Of a stretch of 64,000 bases of DNA, positions 39,379-52,334 are shown in pieces (position 1 is the stretch's first letter; every line of letters begins with the position of its first letter). The translations under genes and the position numbers were made by a program. Location: NCBI RefSeq assembly GCF_006345805.1, contig NC_043006.1, positions 83,142,001-83,206,000 of the forward strand, given 5' to 3'. Source of the stretch: Octopus sinensis. Taxonomy: Eukaryota. The notes below the pieces were generated by a model. The model did not search any database. It had not been told where the DNA came from and saw only the letters and a program-made list of their open reading frames with translations.

Positions 39379-40444
39379 ACACACGCACACACACACACAC
39401 ATACTTACACACGCGCGCGCAGTATGTATATATAAATTTATGCTATTGATTAGGAAAAGAAGTCAGTTAAGTCTTCATCTGGAGTTGTCAACAAACTGTG
39501 AAAATGGTTTGTTGCGAGTTATACAAATGAATATGTATTATTGATTATACTAAAATGTTAATTAACATTGAACTTCTTTTTTAATGTCAAGTTAAAAATT
39601 TTGAATTTAGCGAAGTTGGTTTAATATCGTAAAATTATTTATGAGTATACTATAAGATTAAAATTTTCTAATGACGTTCGCTCTTCTATAGTACCTAATT
39701 TCTTTAGCTCGGTTAAGCCATCTCGATGAGGACTTTACTGGAGAACCGCTTTCTGTTATGTACACATTAAATGCTATTTTTAGCGATGCTGAGTGACAGT
39801 TTTATAACAGATTATTTATCAGGGATTGCATGAATCCAAGTCGATCATCATTAGCTGTTTTATAGGCAGCTCACTATCACATAAGAGTAAAATGCAACAT
39901 GCCAAAACAAATGGTGGGATCGGAACTTAGACCGCAAAGTCACGTATCGAAATAACTCCTGAGATTTATTTCAGAGCTCTACCAATTCTGAAATTCTCAC
40001 CAGAAATGTTTTGTTCAAATGCATCTACGACCATCTTTACTTTCTGTGCTTCTGGGGTCAAAGCAAATAAAGTATCACCTAGGTGTTTGGGTTTGTTTCT
40101 CTCTCAAGTCTCTCAAGTTATACATTATTATTGAAAAAAAATTCTAACTTTTACAGCTGTTTCTGGGATATCTCAGAGTATGTGATATTCTGTCATCGGA
40201 GACAAATAGGGAAAATGGGAATGGTATAGATTAATGAAAAAGTAAGATAGAGGACAAGAGTAAAAGAATAAGGAGATGAAGAGAGAAAATAAAATGTAAA
40301 GACCCTCTTCGAACATCAGTAACCGTACCTGATGCAGCAGCAATAGTGGCAGAAGTAATATTCTCGACATATGTTAACTCAATCCCAGGGAAATATATGC
40401 CAGCGTATCTAATATATTACATACATACATGCATACATACATAC

Positions 40445-40475
<31 letters not shown>

Positions 40476-40645
40476 CATACATACATACATACATGCATAC
40501 ATACATATATACATACATACATATACACATACATACATATACATACATACATACATACATACATACATACATAATACATACATACATACATACATACATA
40601 CATACATACACACGTGTGTGCATATATATATATATATATATTTTT

Positions 40646-40767
40646 ATTTATTATATAGAAGGAGCTTCTACAGGACTAGAACTGTTTCATTCAAGAGAAA
40701 TCTTCCTGAAGATTTCTCTTGAATGAAACAGTTCTAGTCCTGTAGAAGCTCCTTCTATATAATAAAT
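40646..40767. repeat. Perfect palindrome with 60-bp arms, containing a hammerhead-like motif on the + strand
   Basis: Arms mirror about CT at 40706-40707. CTTC-CTGAAGA-...-GAAA-CAG...CTG-TA-GAAG spans 40702-40748. Confidence 0.9.
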
Positions 40768-40833
40768 TAATTTTACTCTGCTATGTATTGAGTACCTTAT
40801 TTACTGTGGTTAACCCCGAATCAACCCGGGACC

Positions 40834-40897
<64 letters not shown>

Positions 40898-41032
40898 CCC
40901 ACACAGAGTAATACCTCGACTATCGTGGGTCTTTCGTTGTTCGAAAAAATAGTTCATATTCCATATATTCGTACTTCGTATTTTTTTGTACACTTTCGTG
41001 ACGTCCTGTGCCCACATATGCATATATATATA

Positions 41033-41085
<53 letters not shown>

Positions 41086-41654
41086 ATATATATATATATG
41101 TATGTATGTATGTATGTATAGATGTAAGTAGGTACATACACGTATGTATATATGCATATATATATATATATATATATATATTTAATCATATCGAAGGGAA
41201 ATGGAAATTAATTAAAATTTCCATTTCCAGTGGCCTAACGTGTAACAATTTAGTCCAAAGACTATGAATTAGTCATAAAATACAGTGTACATTTAAACAC
41301 ATGAGGAATCTACTTGTGGGATTCAACACGCTAGAAAGAACAGCTAGGTTCCATAAACAGAAAATTAGGGATAGAATTCGACAGGAACGAAATGAAAAAA
41401 TAAAAACATTTAACCATCTAGTTTCCTGGACCGATTGGTTTCTGATTTTCGTTTAGCAAGCAAAATAACATACTCGCTAGGTGAAATCGTCTTCAGCAGG
41501 AACACCTTGGGTTAAATATATAAACACGAGGCGAACGAACTTTGCGCGTCTTGCTTATACATCCTAAGTTTTTCAAAATCTACTGCGCAGCCGCAGCCCT
41601 TCGCCGGCAATAAAAATATGCCAACTTTTAAAAACCGAAAATTATCCAAAAACA

Positions 41655-41775
41655 CGGAAGGGACAAAATACAAAGTAGAGCTTTTCTTTTTGGGAAGAAG
41701 AGAAGGGGGCAAAAAAGAAAAATAAAGGGGGTTTGCGAATTCCGATCAAAAGGGATCGTGAAAAAAGAAAAGAGA
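41655..41775 (-). mobile_element. Tx1-like 3' UTR fragment
   Basis: GGGACAAA...GTAGAGCTTTTCTTTT...CGATCAAAAGGGATCGT is shared with 36340-36440 and 44595-44680. Adjoins (GACA)/(GATA)n. Confidence 0.6.
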
Positions 41776-41820
41776 GAGAGAGACAGAGACAGAGACAGAC
41801 AGATAGACAGACAGACAGAC

Positions 41821-41882
<62 letters not shown>

Positions 41883-42519
41883 ATAAATAGATAGATAGCT
41901 ACAGAAGGGGACATATTTAGAGAAAGAGAAAGATATATATATAGATATACATACAGAAATACACGTATTCATATATTAGAAACTTGACATGCCTAAATTT
42001 TACGAGTTTGTGTATGTGTATGTGTGTGTATATGTGTGTGTGTGAGTGTGTGTGTCTGTCTGTCTGTTTGTCTGTGTGAGTGTGTGAGTGCCCGCGCGGG
42101 CGTGTATGAGTGTGTATACACCCTTTGGTTCCTTCTATTAAATAACAAACAACAGGTGTTACACACTCACTTTCAGGATCGTACATCAAACATCATTTCC
42201 GTACCAGATTCCCAAGAGAGTAAGGAAGATGTGAGATGTAGGGAAGGTGGCGGTAAATTTAAAAGCTGATGCTGGACCGAAGCCCGAATGTAAACATCCC
42301 GAAACGAGAACTTTCTGGAATTTCAAAAAGAAAAAAAATTTAAAGTGCTGAAGAAAATAGAAATATGGAAGAAGGGAGTGAGGGTCATAAGAAAGGGAAA
42401 AGAAGAAGAGAAAAATAAAGAAGAAACAAAAGAAGGAAGCGAATAAAGAATAAAGAAGATAGAGAGAATGGTACAGAAAATGATACAATTGAGTGATAAT
42501 ATTAGAGGGATGGAAATAG

Positions 42520-42700
42520 GCGGCCAGCTGGCAAAATCGTTAGCGAACCCGGCAAAATGCTTAGTCTGTCTTTGCAGAGGTCAGCTTTGCCTTTCATCGT
42601 TTCGGAGTGGATAGAATAAGTACCAAATGGGTACTGAGGTTGATGTGATCGACCTACGCCCTCCCCTGAAATTGGTGGCTTTCTGCCAAGATTTGAAACC
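42520..42700 (+). mobile_element. SINE family A, degenerate
   Basis: GCTGGCAAAATCGTTAGC...GGCAAAATGCTTAG...AATAAGTACCA...TTTGAAACC. Confidence 0.7.
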
Positions 42701-42791
42701 AACAGAGGGAAAACTATCATTGGTCAGGCATAAATTAATAAATATGCGTTTGTAGACACTCCCCCACACACCGGACAAATAAATATCTCTG

Positions 42792-42835
<44 letters not shown>

Positions 42836-42899
42836 ACTCTCTCTTGCTCTCTCTCTCTCACTCTCTCTTGCTCTCTCTCTCTCCCTCTCTCCCTCTTTC

Positions 42900-43053
42900 T
42901 TGGCTGTGTGGTAAGTAGCTTGCTTACGAACTACATGGTTTCGGATTCAGTCCCACTGCGTGGTACCTTGGGCAAGTGTCTTCTCCTATAACCTCGGTCC
43001 AACCAAATCCTTGTGAGTGGATTTGGTAAACGGAAACTGAAAGAAGCTCGTCG

Positions 43054-43096
<43 letters not shown>

Positions 43097-43305
43097 CTGT
43101 GTCTGTGTCTGTGTTTGTCCTCCCAACATCGCTTGACAACCGATGGTGGTGTATTTACGTCCCCGTAACCTAGCGGTTCGGCATAAGAGACCGATAGAAT
43201 GAGTACTAGGCTTACAAAGAATAAGTCCTGCAGTCGATTTGTTCGACTAAAAAGGCAGTGCTCCAGCGTGGCCGCAGTCAAATGACTAAAACAAGTAAAA
43301 TAGTA
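42900..43305 (+). mobile_element. SINE family B, full unit
   Basis: Head, internal (TA)(TG)n, and tail to ACAAGTAAAA. Confidence 0.88.
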
Positions 43306-43317
43306 AAAGAATATATA

Positions 43318-43592
43318 TGCTGAGACCCCCTTCGGTGATGACTGACCGTGGGATTTCACCTAGAAAGTTACCCTCCAAGGTACAAGTCCGGGCAAGGTTG
43401 TTTATGGAAGACCATCAGTCGCCCATGCATACCGGCCTCCCCTCTCCACGCCACCAGTGTTATCCAAGGGAAAGGCAACGGCCGATACAGCTTGGCACTT
43501 GTGACGTCGCAACACATTTCTACAGCTGAGTGAACTGGAGCAACGTGAAATAAAGTGTCTTGCTCAAGAACACAACACGCAACCCGGTCCGA
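43318..43592 (-). mobile_element. SINE related to family D, with a different tail
   Basis: Minus-strand GCGTGTTGTGTTCTTGAGCAAGACACTTTATTTCACGTTGCTCCAGTTCACTC matches 61720-61772. Confidence 0.7.
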
Positions 43593-43596
43593 AAAG

Positions 43597-43665
<69 letters not shown>

Positions 43666-43669
43666 CTAT

Positions 43670-43952
43670 CCGTAATAATGAAGGGTGAAATTAATTAATT
43701 TGGAAAAATTATCAATTACACCAAGTAGTCTTCGGCATGTAAAAGCCTCATTCGAGGAAAATTTAAGTAATACTAAGCAATAAGGGTTTAGCAACGAGTT
43801 GCCTTACCACATACCGAATTTAGAAATAGCAGTCAAAGGGTTATAGCTATTTCTTCTACTTTTTAGTAGAAGAAATAGCTATAACCCTTTGACTGCTATT
43901 TCTAAATTCGGTATGTGGTAAGGCAACTCGTTGCTAAACCCTTATTGCTTAG

Positions 43953-43955
<3 letters not shown>
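43670..43955. mobile_element. (TA)n-embedded repeat ending in a perfect palindrome with 91-bp arms
   Basis: 43770-43860 mirrors 43865-43955 around TTTT. CTGCTATTTCTAAAT...CGGTATGTGG and ATGAAGGGT...AATTAATT are shared with 55570-55745. Confidence 0.8.
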
Positions 43956-43986
<31 letters not shown>

Positions 43987-44462
43987 CGCACGTCTGTGTG
44001 TGCATGTGTGTGTGCATGCATGATTTTCACTGTAATTTACCATGGAGAAAAAAATTTCGCCCAAGACAAAAATGGTGTTAGAATGCCATTGCCAGCTCAG
44101 AGCACTCTCCATACATTAGCAGATGCATTTCTAGTTCATTAGCTTTGTTCACTAACTCATCCAAAGAGAAGCAAATCTGAGCTTACATGAAAGTTTCGCT
44201 GTCTTTCTCAGAAATCAGTAAATATTATTTATTGATTGCGCTCGTAGGCTGCCAGGCAAGAACAAATATGTGAGAAGAAGCACGAAGCACTGACAGAAAT
44301 ATACAAACTTTAGATCAGGTGAAATATGTTTGGGATATATTTCAACTTGCTAAAGCTTTTCAATGCAGTTTGCTGCGGAAAAAAATTCTCGCTTCAGACA
44401 AGATGGCATTAGAACACCTTAACCATATATATTTATAATTGTGTGCGTAGGTATTACATATT

Positions 44463-44556
<94 letters not shown>

Positions 44557-44557
<1 letters not shown>

Positions 44558-44850
44558 TGTTTCTTTATTAGCCACACAGGGCTGAACACAGCCGGGACAA
44601 ATTACAAGGTAGAGCTTTTCTTTTGGGGGAGAAAAAAAAAGAAAATAAAGGGTGGTAGGTTTTCGATCAAAAGGGATCGTAAAAAGGAAAGAAAAGAAAA
44701 AAACAATCAATAGGGATCGCGTATCACAGAAATGTCATGATATAGAGTGTAAAGGGGGAAATAGATAAAGTTTATCCGTGGAAAGGACCACGGTAACCTC
44801 GGTCAATGATGCCAGATGTTAACACATTTGCAAGTAAGTAGCTCTCTGTT
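44557..44850 (-). mobile_element. 3' end of a (GATA)n-associated Tx1-like LINE
   Basis: GTTTCTTTATTAGCCACACAGGGCT directly after (GATA)n. Confidence 0.7.
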
Positions 44851-46061
44851 TTAAATATTTCCGGGTAGATAGATATGTGTGTGTGTGTTTATCTCTTGAC
44901 AACCCGTATTGAAGTATTTACGTCCCCGTAACTTAGCAGATTCGCAACAGAGACCGATAGAATGTGTGTGTGTGTGTTTGTGTGTGTGTAGGTGTGTAGT
45001 GAGTCCAATTTCTATTATAGCATATTGAAAACATTTGCTGTATATAGCGCATTACGTTAATCTGTAGTGATTGGCCATGTGAGTGTTTGGACATTTGTTG
45101 AGTCTTGTATTGTGATTGGTTGAGTGTTGCGCAGGAATTGGATCGAATGTCCAATCACATTACGCGTAGTATATGTCAAACAACTAATTTGCATGTTTTC
45201 TGGAGCCTCCTTTTTTTTCCATAAATTGGTGTAACAAATTATTTACGAATCAGAGCAGTGAGAGTTCTACATCAAGGCGAGTTATGTTGATTTCCTGCCG
45301 TTTCACCGGAGGAAAATTAATATAGCGCAGTACATGTAACAATCAACGACCCAAGCTGAATTAGCCAAACGATGGATGAACTACAACTTACAGAATTTGT
45401 AATGTTTCTTTCTTCAATCCACTGTACCACTTTACGAAGGAATAAAGTCCCAGTGTTATTTTAAGTTCGTTTCTTTTGTTACTTCTACGAATGAACGCGC
45501 AACATATATCATATAATGATATATATGATTTTTTAGTAAAACCAATAAACATGGGATAAACAACAATGCCGAAGACATAAAAACGTCAAATGTTTTTGTC
45601 CTTGAATATATGAGAATATTATGCGTTCTGCACATGACAATTAAACGGTGATGTTTGATGCATTTTCTAATGTTTTTGACAATCAATCAAAATTCGATGT
45701 GTTGTTGGCTAATAATATTTCGATGTCTCTGCAAATAATTTCACTTGTATATTCCCAATTGCTTACATATATGAACCGTTTGGATAAGTAAAATCGGTAA
45801 GATAAAACTCTAAGAAATGAGTCAAGGCATAATTTATTCGAATGTGTGTGTGTGTGTGTTTGTGTGTGTGTATGTGTGTGTGTATGTGTGTGTGTGTGTG
45901 TATGTGTGTGTGTATTTGCGTCTCTTTGCATGCTCTAACACTAAACAAACACCACGTCCTTGCTTACTTTAGCAGAAAATCCATAAGAGAAAAGTTGTTA
46001 TGTAATGTGAGAAATCGTTAACAAAATGACACCGCGCATACAGACTCACAGATGAATATTA

Positions 46062-46103
<42 letters not shown>

Positions 46104-46220
46104 CATACTCACTTACACACACACACATATATGTGTGAATGGGCGGATGGATGGATGGATGTGCATACGCTCCTACCTGTTTGCATGCGTGTATGCATGA
46201 TGTATGTATGTATACATACA

Positions 46221-46285
<65 letters not shown>

Positions 46286-46561
46286 TTTAACGCTTTTGCA
46301 TACATTCGCAGTGTTTGTAATATTTATAGAGGAAGATAAATGCGTATGTCGATTTATATTAGTTTAAATTTTATTGAGAGTTGAAATTCCTCCTATTATG
46401 TCAGAATATAATTCTCGAGAGTATCATCAGTTAAAACAAGCAAAAACGTGTTAAAACTCTCTCTTACTCTCTCTTACACACATACACACACACACATATA
46501 CACATATTTATACACATATGCACCTAAACACACACACACATACACACACACACACACACAC

Positions 46562-46635
46562 ATGAATATCTTTTGACATGTCTGTGTGTCACGTGTGGGT
46601 ACACGTGACACACAGACATGTCAAAAGATATTCAT
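46562..46635. repeat. Perfect hairpin, 35-bp arms and 4-nt loop
   Basis: ATGAATATCTTTTGACATGTCTGTGTGTCACGTGT, loop GGGT, then the reverse complement. Confidence 0.93.
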
Positions 46636-47024
46636 TTTATTTTATTGAAAATTGATCAGAATAGAAATTAAGTTTCTTTTTTTTTTTTAAGCAGACAGTT
46701 AATGGGCTACAACGCTTCCTCAAAACTTGAAGCCGTGTATTCATATTAGAAATCCATTAGAGTCCACAATTTTTTTAAGGAACTTAAAACTTTACCAAAA
46801 GTATACGTTTCAAAAATAGATATAAATAACAAACTGTTTTTTCTTACGTAAGAAATAAAAGACATTTACTTGAAAACATTCATTTTTATATTTGAATATT
46901 TTCTTATGGAAAAGAGCTTAGAATATTTGGTTCTTGCTTATGGTTTGCAAGAGTCTTGGCATGGAATTTTGTGTAACAGGTTTCTTTTATTTTGGGATGA
47001 TAATTATGCTAATAAGACACATGT

Positions 47025-47335
47025 GTGGAGGCACAATGGCCCAGTGGTTAGTGCAGCAGACTCGCGGTCGGAGGATCGCGGTTTCGATTACCAGACCGGG
47101 CGTTGTGTATGTTTATTGGGCAAAAACACCTAAAGCTCCACGATGCTCCGGCAGGAGGGGGCGATCCCTGTTGTACTCTTTCGCCCCAACGTTCTCTCAC
47201 TCTCTCTTCCTGTTTCTTGGGTAACGCTGCGATGGAATGACGTCCCGTCCACCTGGGGGTAACACATACGCCACAGAAACCGGGAATCCGGGCCCATGAG
47301 CCTGGCTAGGCTTGAAAAGGGCGCACAAATAAAAA
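47025..47335 (+). mobile_element. tRNA(Arg)-like SINE, family C
   Basis: GTGGAGGCACAATGGCCCAGTGGTTAG...GACTCGCGG...GGTTTCGATT, with an A-rich tail. Confidence 0.85.
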
Positions 47336-47338
47336 AAA

Positions 47339-47639
47339 TAAGAAACACGTACATTGGTTCTGTTTCAGTTCTTTTATCATAATTATTCAACTCATTGACT
47401 ATTTAACCAATTAGCAAATCGGTTGTTCGATTAATGGTTCGGTTAATAAATCGGTCAGCTCTTAAGTAGTGAGAGCTTGTCATTGATGAGATCGAGAATG
47501 TTGCGAAAGTAGTCGGATGAACCTACAACACTGATTGATAGACAGTAGGATTAATCAAGCAATCGATTAGTTAATTGGTTAAATTGTTAACTAATTCATA
47601 AATTATAATGAAATAAGCAGAACCAGTGCGTGTTTCTTA
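47339..47639. mobile_element. MITE with imperfect long inverted arms
   Basis: Ends TAAGAAACACGTACATTGGTTCTG and CAGAACCAGTGCGTGTTTCTTA. Inner TTTAACCAATTA and TAATTGGTTAAA. Confidence 0.65.
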
Positions 47640-48911
47640 CTGGCATAATCGGGATCCCAATTCATGGAAAAAGTTTCAATTAAATTCGCCTCCATGCTGG
47701 TGGAAGGAGATAATTGATTTGTTGTGGAGTGAACTGACACCCCAGCACGTGACTGTCAGTGGACTGGACGAGTTTTATAAACAGATGAGCCAAGTAGACA
47801 GTTGAGGTCGAACTGTAAGAGCGTTAGTCTCGTTATTTTTTCTGCGTCGCAGTACTGGATTGTTATTATGCGAACGGTTATAAGATAACCAACTCTTGTT
47901 ACATTGCTTATTGTCATACGGTTATATTTGGTACTGTGATGTATTGTTACACACACACACATCAATATACGTCAGTGACGATATAACATGATTTTACTTT
48001 CATCCTCTCTGATATCAATAAAGTATGTCTCAGACATGCATTTGGATCGATATTAATAACTCTAAACGTCTTCCAACATTAAAACAACAGTTAGTTGCAT
48101 TGTGGCTAATTCAGCAGTCAATCTCTTTGATGAATCAAAAACAGTGAAATAGCAACGACAATCGACAATAACACAATCAACCAAACTCATTTCACTTACC
48201 ATATTTTGCTTCTTCAACATGCTATTTAAAAGTTGAAGTTCATGTCACTCCGAGACTCGATAAATATGTTTATCAATCATATTGTTGTTGATGTTGACGT
48301 CGTTGTTTTCTTATATTATTCATCCCTTTAACCTTTCTCTCTGTTTTCTTTTCCACGTTTCTTTTTTTCTTTTTCGTCAGTTTTCATGAAATTTATCTCA
48401 CGTCCTTTGCTTTAAAACCATGTTTGCGTGTGGTTTTAGTGAGAATTATCTACTATCTTTAGCAAGTCGAGCAACTGTGTAGAAGCTCCTCCGATTGGCT
48501 CCTCCGCAATCAGTTTTGTTGTTGTTGTTGCAGTCCAGTTCGAGATCAAAAGTATTCCAGATATGACCATCTCGCACTTTTAGGCGCGTATAAGACTACA
48601 TTATCTAATGTAATATTTTCTTACTTAAAACAATAAGCTATGCTTTTGAACGAGATTTTGTTTGCTTTTTTTTCTATTAAGTCGAGCAAACCCACCCTAA
48701 TTCTTTCTCGCTGGCTCCTATCAACCATTTTAATCAGTTATGAATAAGATGGTTACCACCAATTGCATCAGTCCCTTTTTACTTGCGATCAATTAATTCA
48801 GCACCGCACGAAATTATTATTTGTTCATTCCATAATCATAACTAGAAACACTTTTTTTTTGTCACGGTTTCTAGAGAATACTTCCTATTTGCAATATTCT
48901 GTTGAACGTTA

Positions 48912-49105
48912 CGGTGGCGATCTGGCTGAATCGTTAGCACATTGAGGAAATGCTTTTACCTCGTGAGTTCAAATTACGCCGAGGTTGACTTTGCCTTTCA
49001 TCCTTTCGAGGCCGATAAAATGAGTACCAGTTGGACAACGGGGTCGATGTGATCGACTTAAACCTTCTTCCGAACTTGCCGACTTTGTACCAAAATTGGA
49101 AACCA
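48912..49105 (+). mobile_element. SINE family A
   Basis: GAATCGTTAGCAC...GAGTTCAAATTACGCCGAGG...GATAAAATGAGTACCAGTTG. Confidence 0.78.
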
Positions 49106-49569
49106 ATATTTTGTAGAATGTTATGTTCCATTTTGGAGCATCGCATAACGTTCTACAGAATATTAGAAATAGGAGGAATCATCATTGGAGACGAATCAAA
49201 TATTCTCCTCTATCTTCTATCTTTTAATGAATGCTAATGCATGAGACGATTATAATTGAGTATGGTCTGTTTAACACCAGCCACCACACATAACCTATTA
49301 ACAGAGATAGTCTTTGAACTAATAGTAGACTTCATTGAGATTATTCGGATGTTAACCACTTGAGAGTGAACACTTAAAATTAAATCAGTATCTGTTTCTG
49401 ACAACTTCATGAACTGAAGCAAGGTACTGTAAAAAGTTCTATTTTGCCAAGAAACACCACAAAATATCTAAAGGCCAGAAGTGGATGAACTCCTGATTAA
49501 TGAGTAGGTGATCTTATAACTCTTTCTGCTAATCATCACGTTTCTGCACACAATCTTAAACAGAACGGG

Positions 49570-49700
49570 GGGCGTGACTGCGTGGCAAGTAGTTTCCTTC
49601 CTATCCACATGGTTTCTGCAAGTGGCTTCTACTATAGCCTCGGGTCCACCAAAGACTTATGAGTGGATTTAGTAGACGGAAACTGAAAGAAGTCCGTCGT
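49570..49700 (+). mobile_element. SINE family B head
   Basis: CTTCTACTATAGCCTCGGG...GTAGACGGAAACTGAAAGAAG. Confidence 0.75.
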
Positions 49701-49767
49701 GTATATATATACATATATATGTGTGTGTGTGTGATGTATGTATGTATGTATGTATGTATGTAGTTGT

Positions 49768-49905
49768 AATTTACAAAAAAAAGGACGAAGATAGGTGTGT
49801 AAACAACAAACAGATGTATTTGTTTAACGCTCGGGAAGTGAGAAAGTCTTTTATGTTTCGAGCCTACACTCTTTGAGAGGAACACAGAAATAAACAGAGA
49901 GAGAA
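49768..49905 (-). mobile_element. Second copy of the 9152-9300 element
   Basis: CAAACAGATGTATT...AACGCTC...AAAGTCTTTTATGTTTCGAGCCTAC is the reverse complement of about 9190-9250. Confidence 0.75.
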
Positions 49906-51043
49906 GATAAAAAAAATAATAAAAATATTAGTGGCTAGCGAGCAATCATGGCGAATGCTGGACAGTGGTGGTCAGACAAGAGAGCTAGGAAGAAGGGGAG
50001 ATATTAAAGTAGTGGTGATGCTAAAACGAATGTGCGCGTGCGTATGTATGTGAGAGCGTATGTGCGTGTGGATAGAGGCTGGAGACCTTGACGTGTGTGG
50101 ATAATGGTGTGAGTGCTGGGAAGTGGCTAGTGCTAGTGTGTGCGGGGTGGTGTGATGTGGTGGTATGTGGTGTGTGTAGTGTGGGGTGTGGGGAGACGAT
50201 GGTGGGGGGTGGAGTATGTTGGAGTGGAATGCATGAGATTGGGAGGAAGTGGAATGAGATGTATAGAGATGGTGCGGTTGGGATGTGGAGGGGTGGGTAA
50301 CAATGGAGGAGTGACGATGGAGGAAGGGATTGGAAGGGAGAAGGTTGGTAGTAGTGAAGAGAGGAAGTAGGTGTCAGAACAAGAGAGAAGAGGGGAGGTG
50401 GGTAGGAGTGAAAAGAAGTAGGTGTGAGAGGAAGAAAGGAGAGAGAAGGGGATTCGATGAAGAGGGAAGGAGAGTTGAGCCCATGTGGCGCAAAGGAGCG
50501 AAGAGAGAAGATTAAAGACATGTAATTAAAGACAAAAGACGACCAACAAATGCAGATTAATAATATCAATGTACAGCCGATTTATACGTTCAGAAACGCA
50601 GTAGCCATTGTTCAGATGAAAAATCGCTGAAACTGTCATAAAGTTTGAAAAGAAGTTTTGAAATTGCTAGATGAAATAGTTTATTTGTAATATAAACATC
50701 CAGAAGAAATTTGCATTATCAAAATGGATCGTAACATGAATAGACCTACAAAAATTACTTTTGGTCTTTTAAAGTCATTCAAAGATATTATAGGGTATGA
50801 CCTGTCATTCACAAATAAAATAGAATACAAACCGCCATGTTGAAGTCGTTTGTTTTGATATGGCTGACATATTTTTCTGTCGCATGCGTGTTATCAAGCT
50901 TACAGCATAAATGATATATTACGGTCATGAATAAAATATTAATTTAAGCAGAGCAAACAAATCTATACTGGTAACACTTCACTCGATTGGCTGCTTCTCT
51001 CTCTTCCTGTCTCTTACACACAGTTACTCTCTCTCTTTCTCTT

Positions 51044-51097
<54 letters not shown>

Positions 51098-52334
51098 TCT
51101 TTCTCGCTCGCTCGACTAATCTCCAGAATTATCTTATAGCGGGACTGAATATTTTCTTATACGAAACTGATTAAAGTATTTGCTGTATGACTTAATATGA
51201 AATTATTTTCATGTAAATATTACTAAATTTACGCTACCAAAGAAAACATTTGTTTATATTGTATTATAGCATATGAGCAATTTAATCGCAGCGCTATCGA
51301 ACACGATACATTTATCATCATTAAGAAAAAGATCCTACTCCAAGAAAATCAATAGCTTGCCTTGCAGACATAATGGCACAGACATTAACTTTTCTTGGAA
51401 TACATATATTGACCAATTTTCCTGAAGTTCGCCAATATAAATTTCTAATTACTCCTATAATTAATCAATATAAAAAATTTCATTAATGTTTTTTTCTGCG
51501 CAGACATGGACAAAGACCGGTGACCATCACGTTTTTTTTTTCGGTGGTGGGGAGGTATTTTTTATTTGTTTTATTTTCCATTTTTTTCCTTTTATTTGCT
51601 TCAGTTATTGAACAAAGGTCATGCTGGGGTACAGATATGAAGGGTTCAGTCGCAGAAATTAACAGCAGTACCGTTATCTTTTGCTGATCTGCTAAGTTAC
51701 GCCGGTTGGCGGGGGACAAACACGAAGATACACACACACACATACTCATACACACACATAGATACAGACACACACACTCACACACTCACACACGCACACA
51801 CATATACACGCACACACATACACAGACATACACATATAGATACAGACATACACACACACACTCTCAAGCACACACTCACACAAATACACACGTACACTCA
51901 CACACACCCACACACATACAACGGGCTTCTTTCAGTTTCTCACCGCCAAATCCACTCACAAAACAATTGCCCAAGGTGCCGTGCAGTGGTGCACTTTGGG
52001 CAAGTGTCTTCTACTCTGGTCCCCTGGTTTTGGGTTTCTTTTCTTTTTGTTTTTCTTCGTATATCCTGGATTACATTGTTTAACGTTGTGCTTTTTAATG
52101 TTGTGATTTTCAGGAACCAAGATGTTATTTGTGAGTCATTTGGCTGTTATTTATAACATATTGAGCTATCATGTAGAAGCTCCCCCCCTCTTTTTCATGG
52201 CTCAATAAGTTTTCTTTGTTCCTTTGTTTTCTTCTCTTTGGGCGATGCACTTTGGTATCACCTATCATCAGTAATAGTCTTTTAAATCTGGGTGTTTATG
52301 AATGAATTTAACGATATCAAAACAAGCAGTTTGT

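Noticed and set aside
47025-47100. tRNA-Arg-like sequence (also 63035, 61648, 52530)
   Set aside because: These are SINE heads continuing into repeat bodies; the cloverleaf is incomplete, so they are not called tRNA genes.
50021-50569. 182-aa Pro/Ser/His-rich ORF
   Set aside because: Low-complexity G/A/T-rich sequence read on the minus strand.
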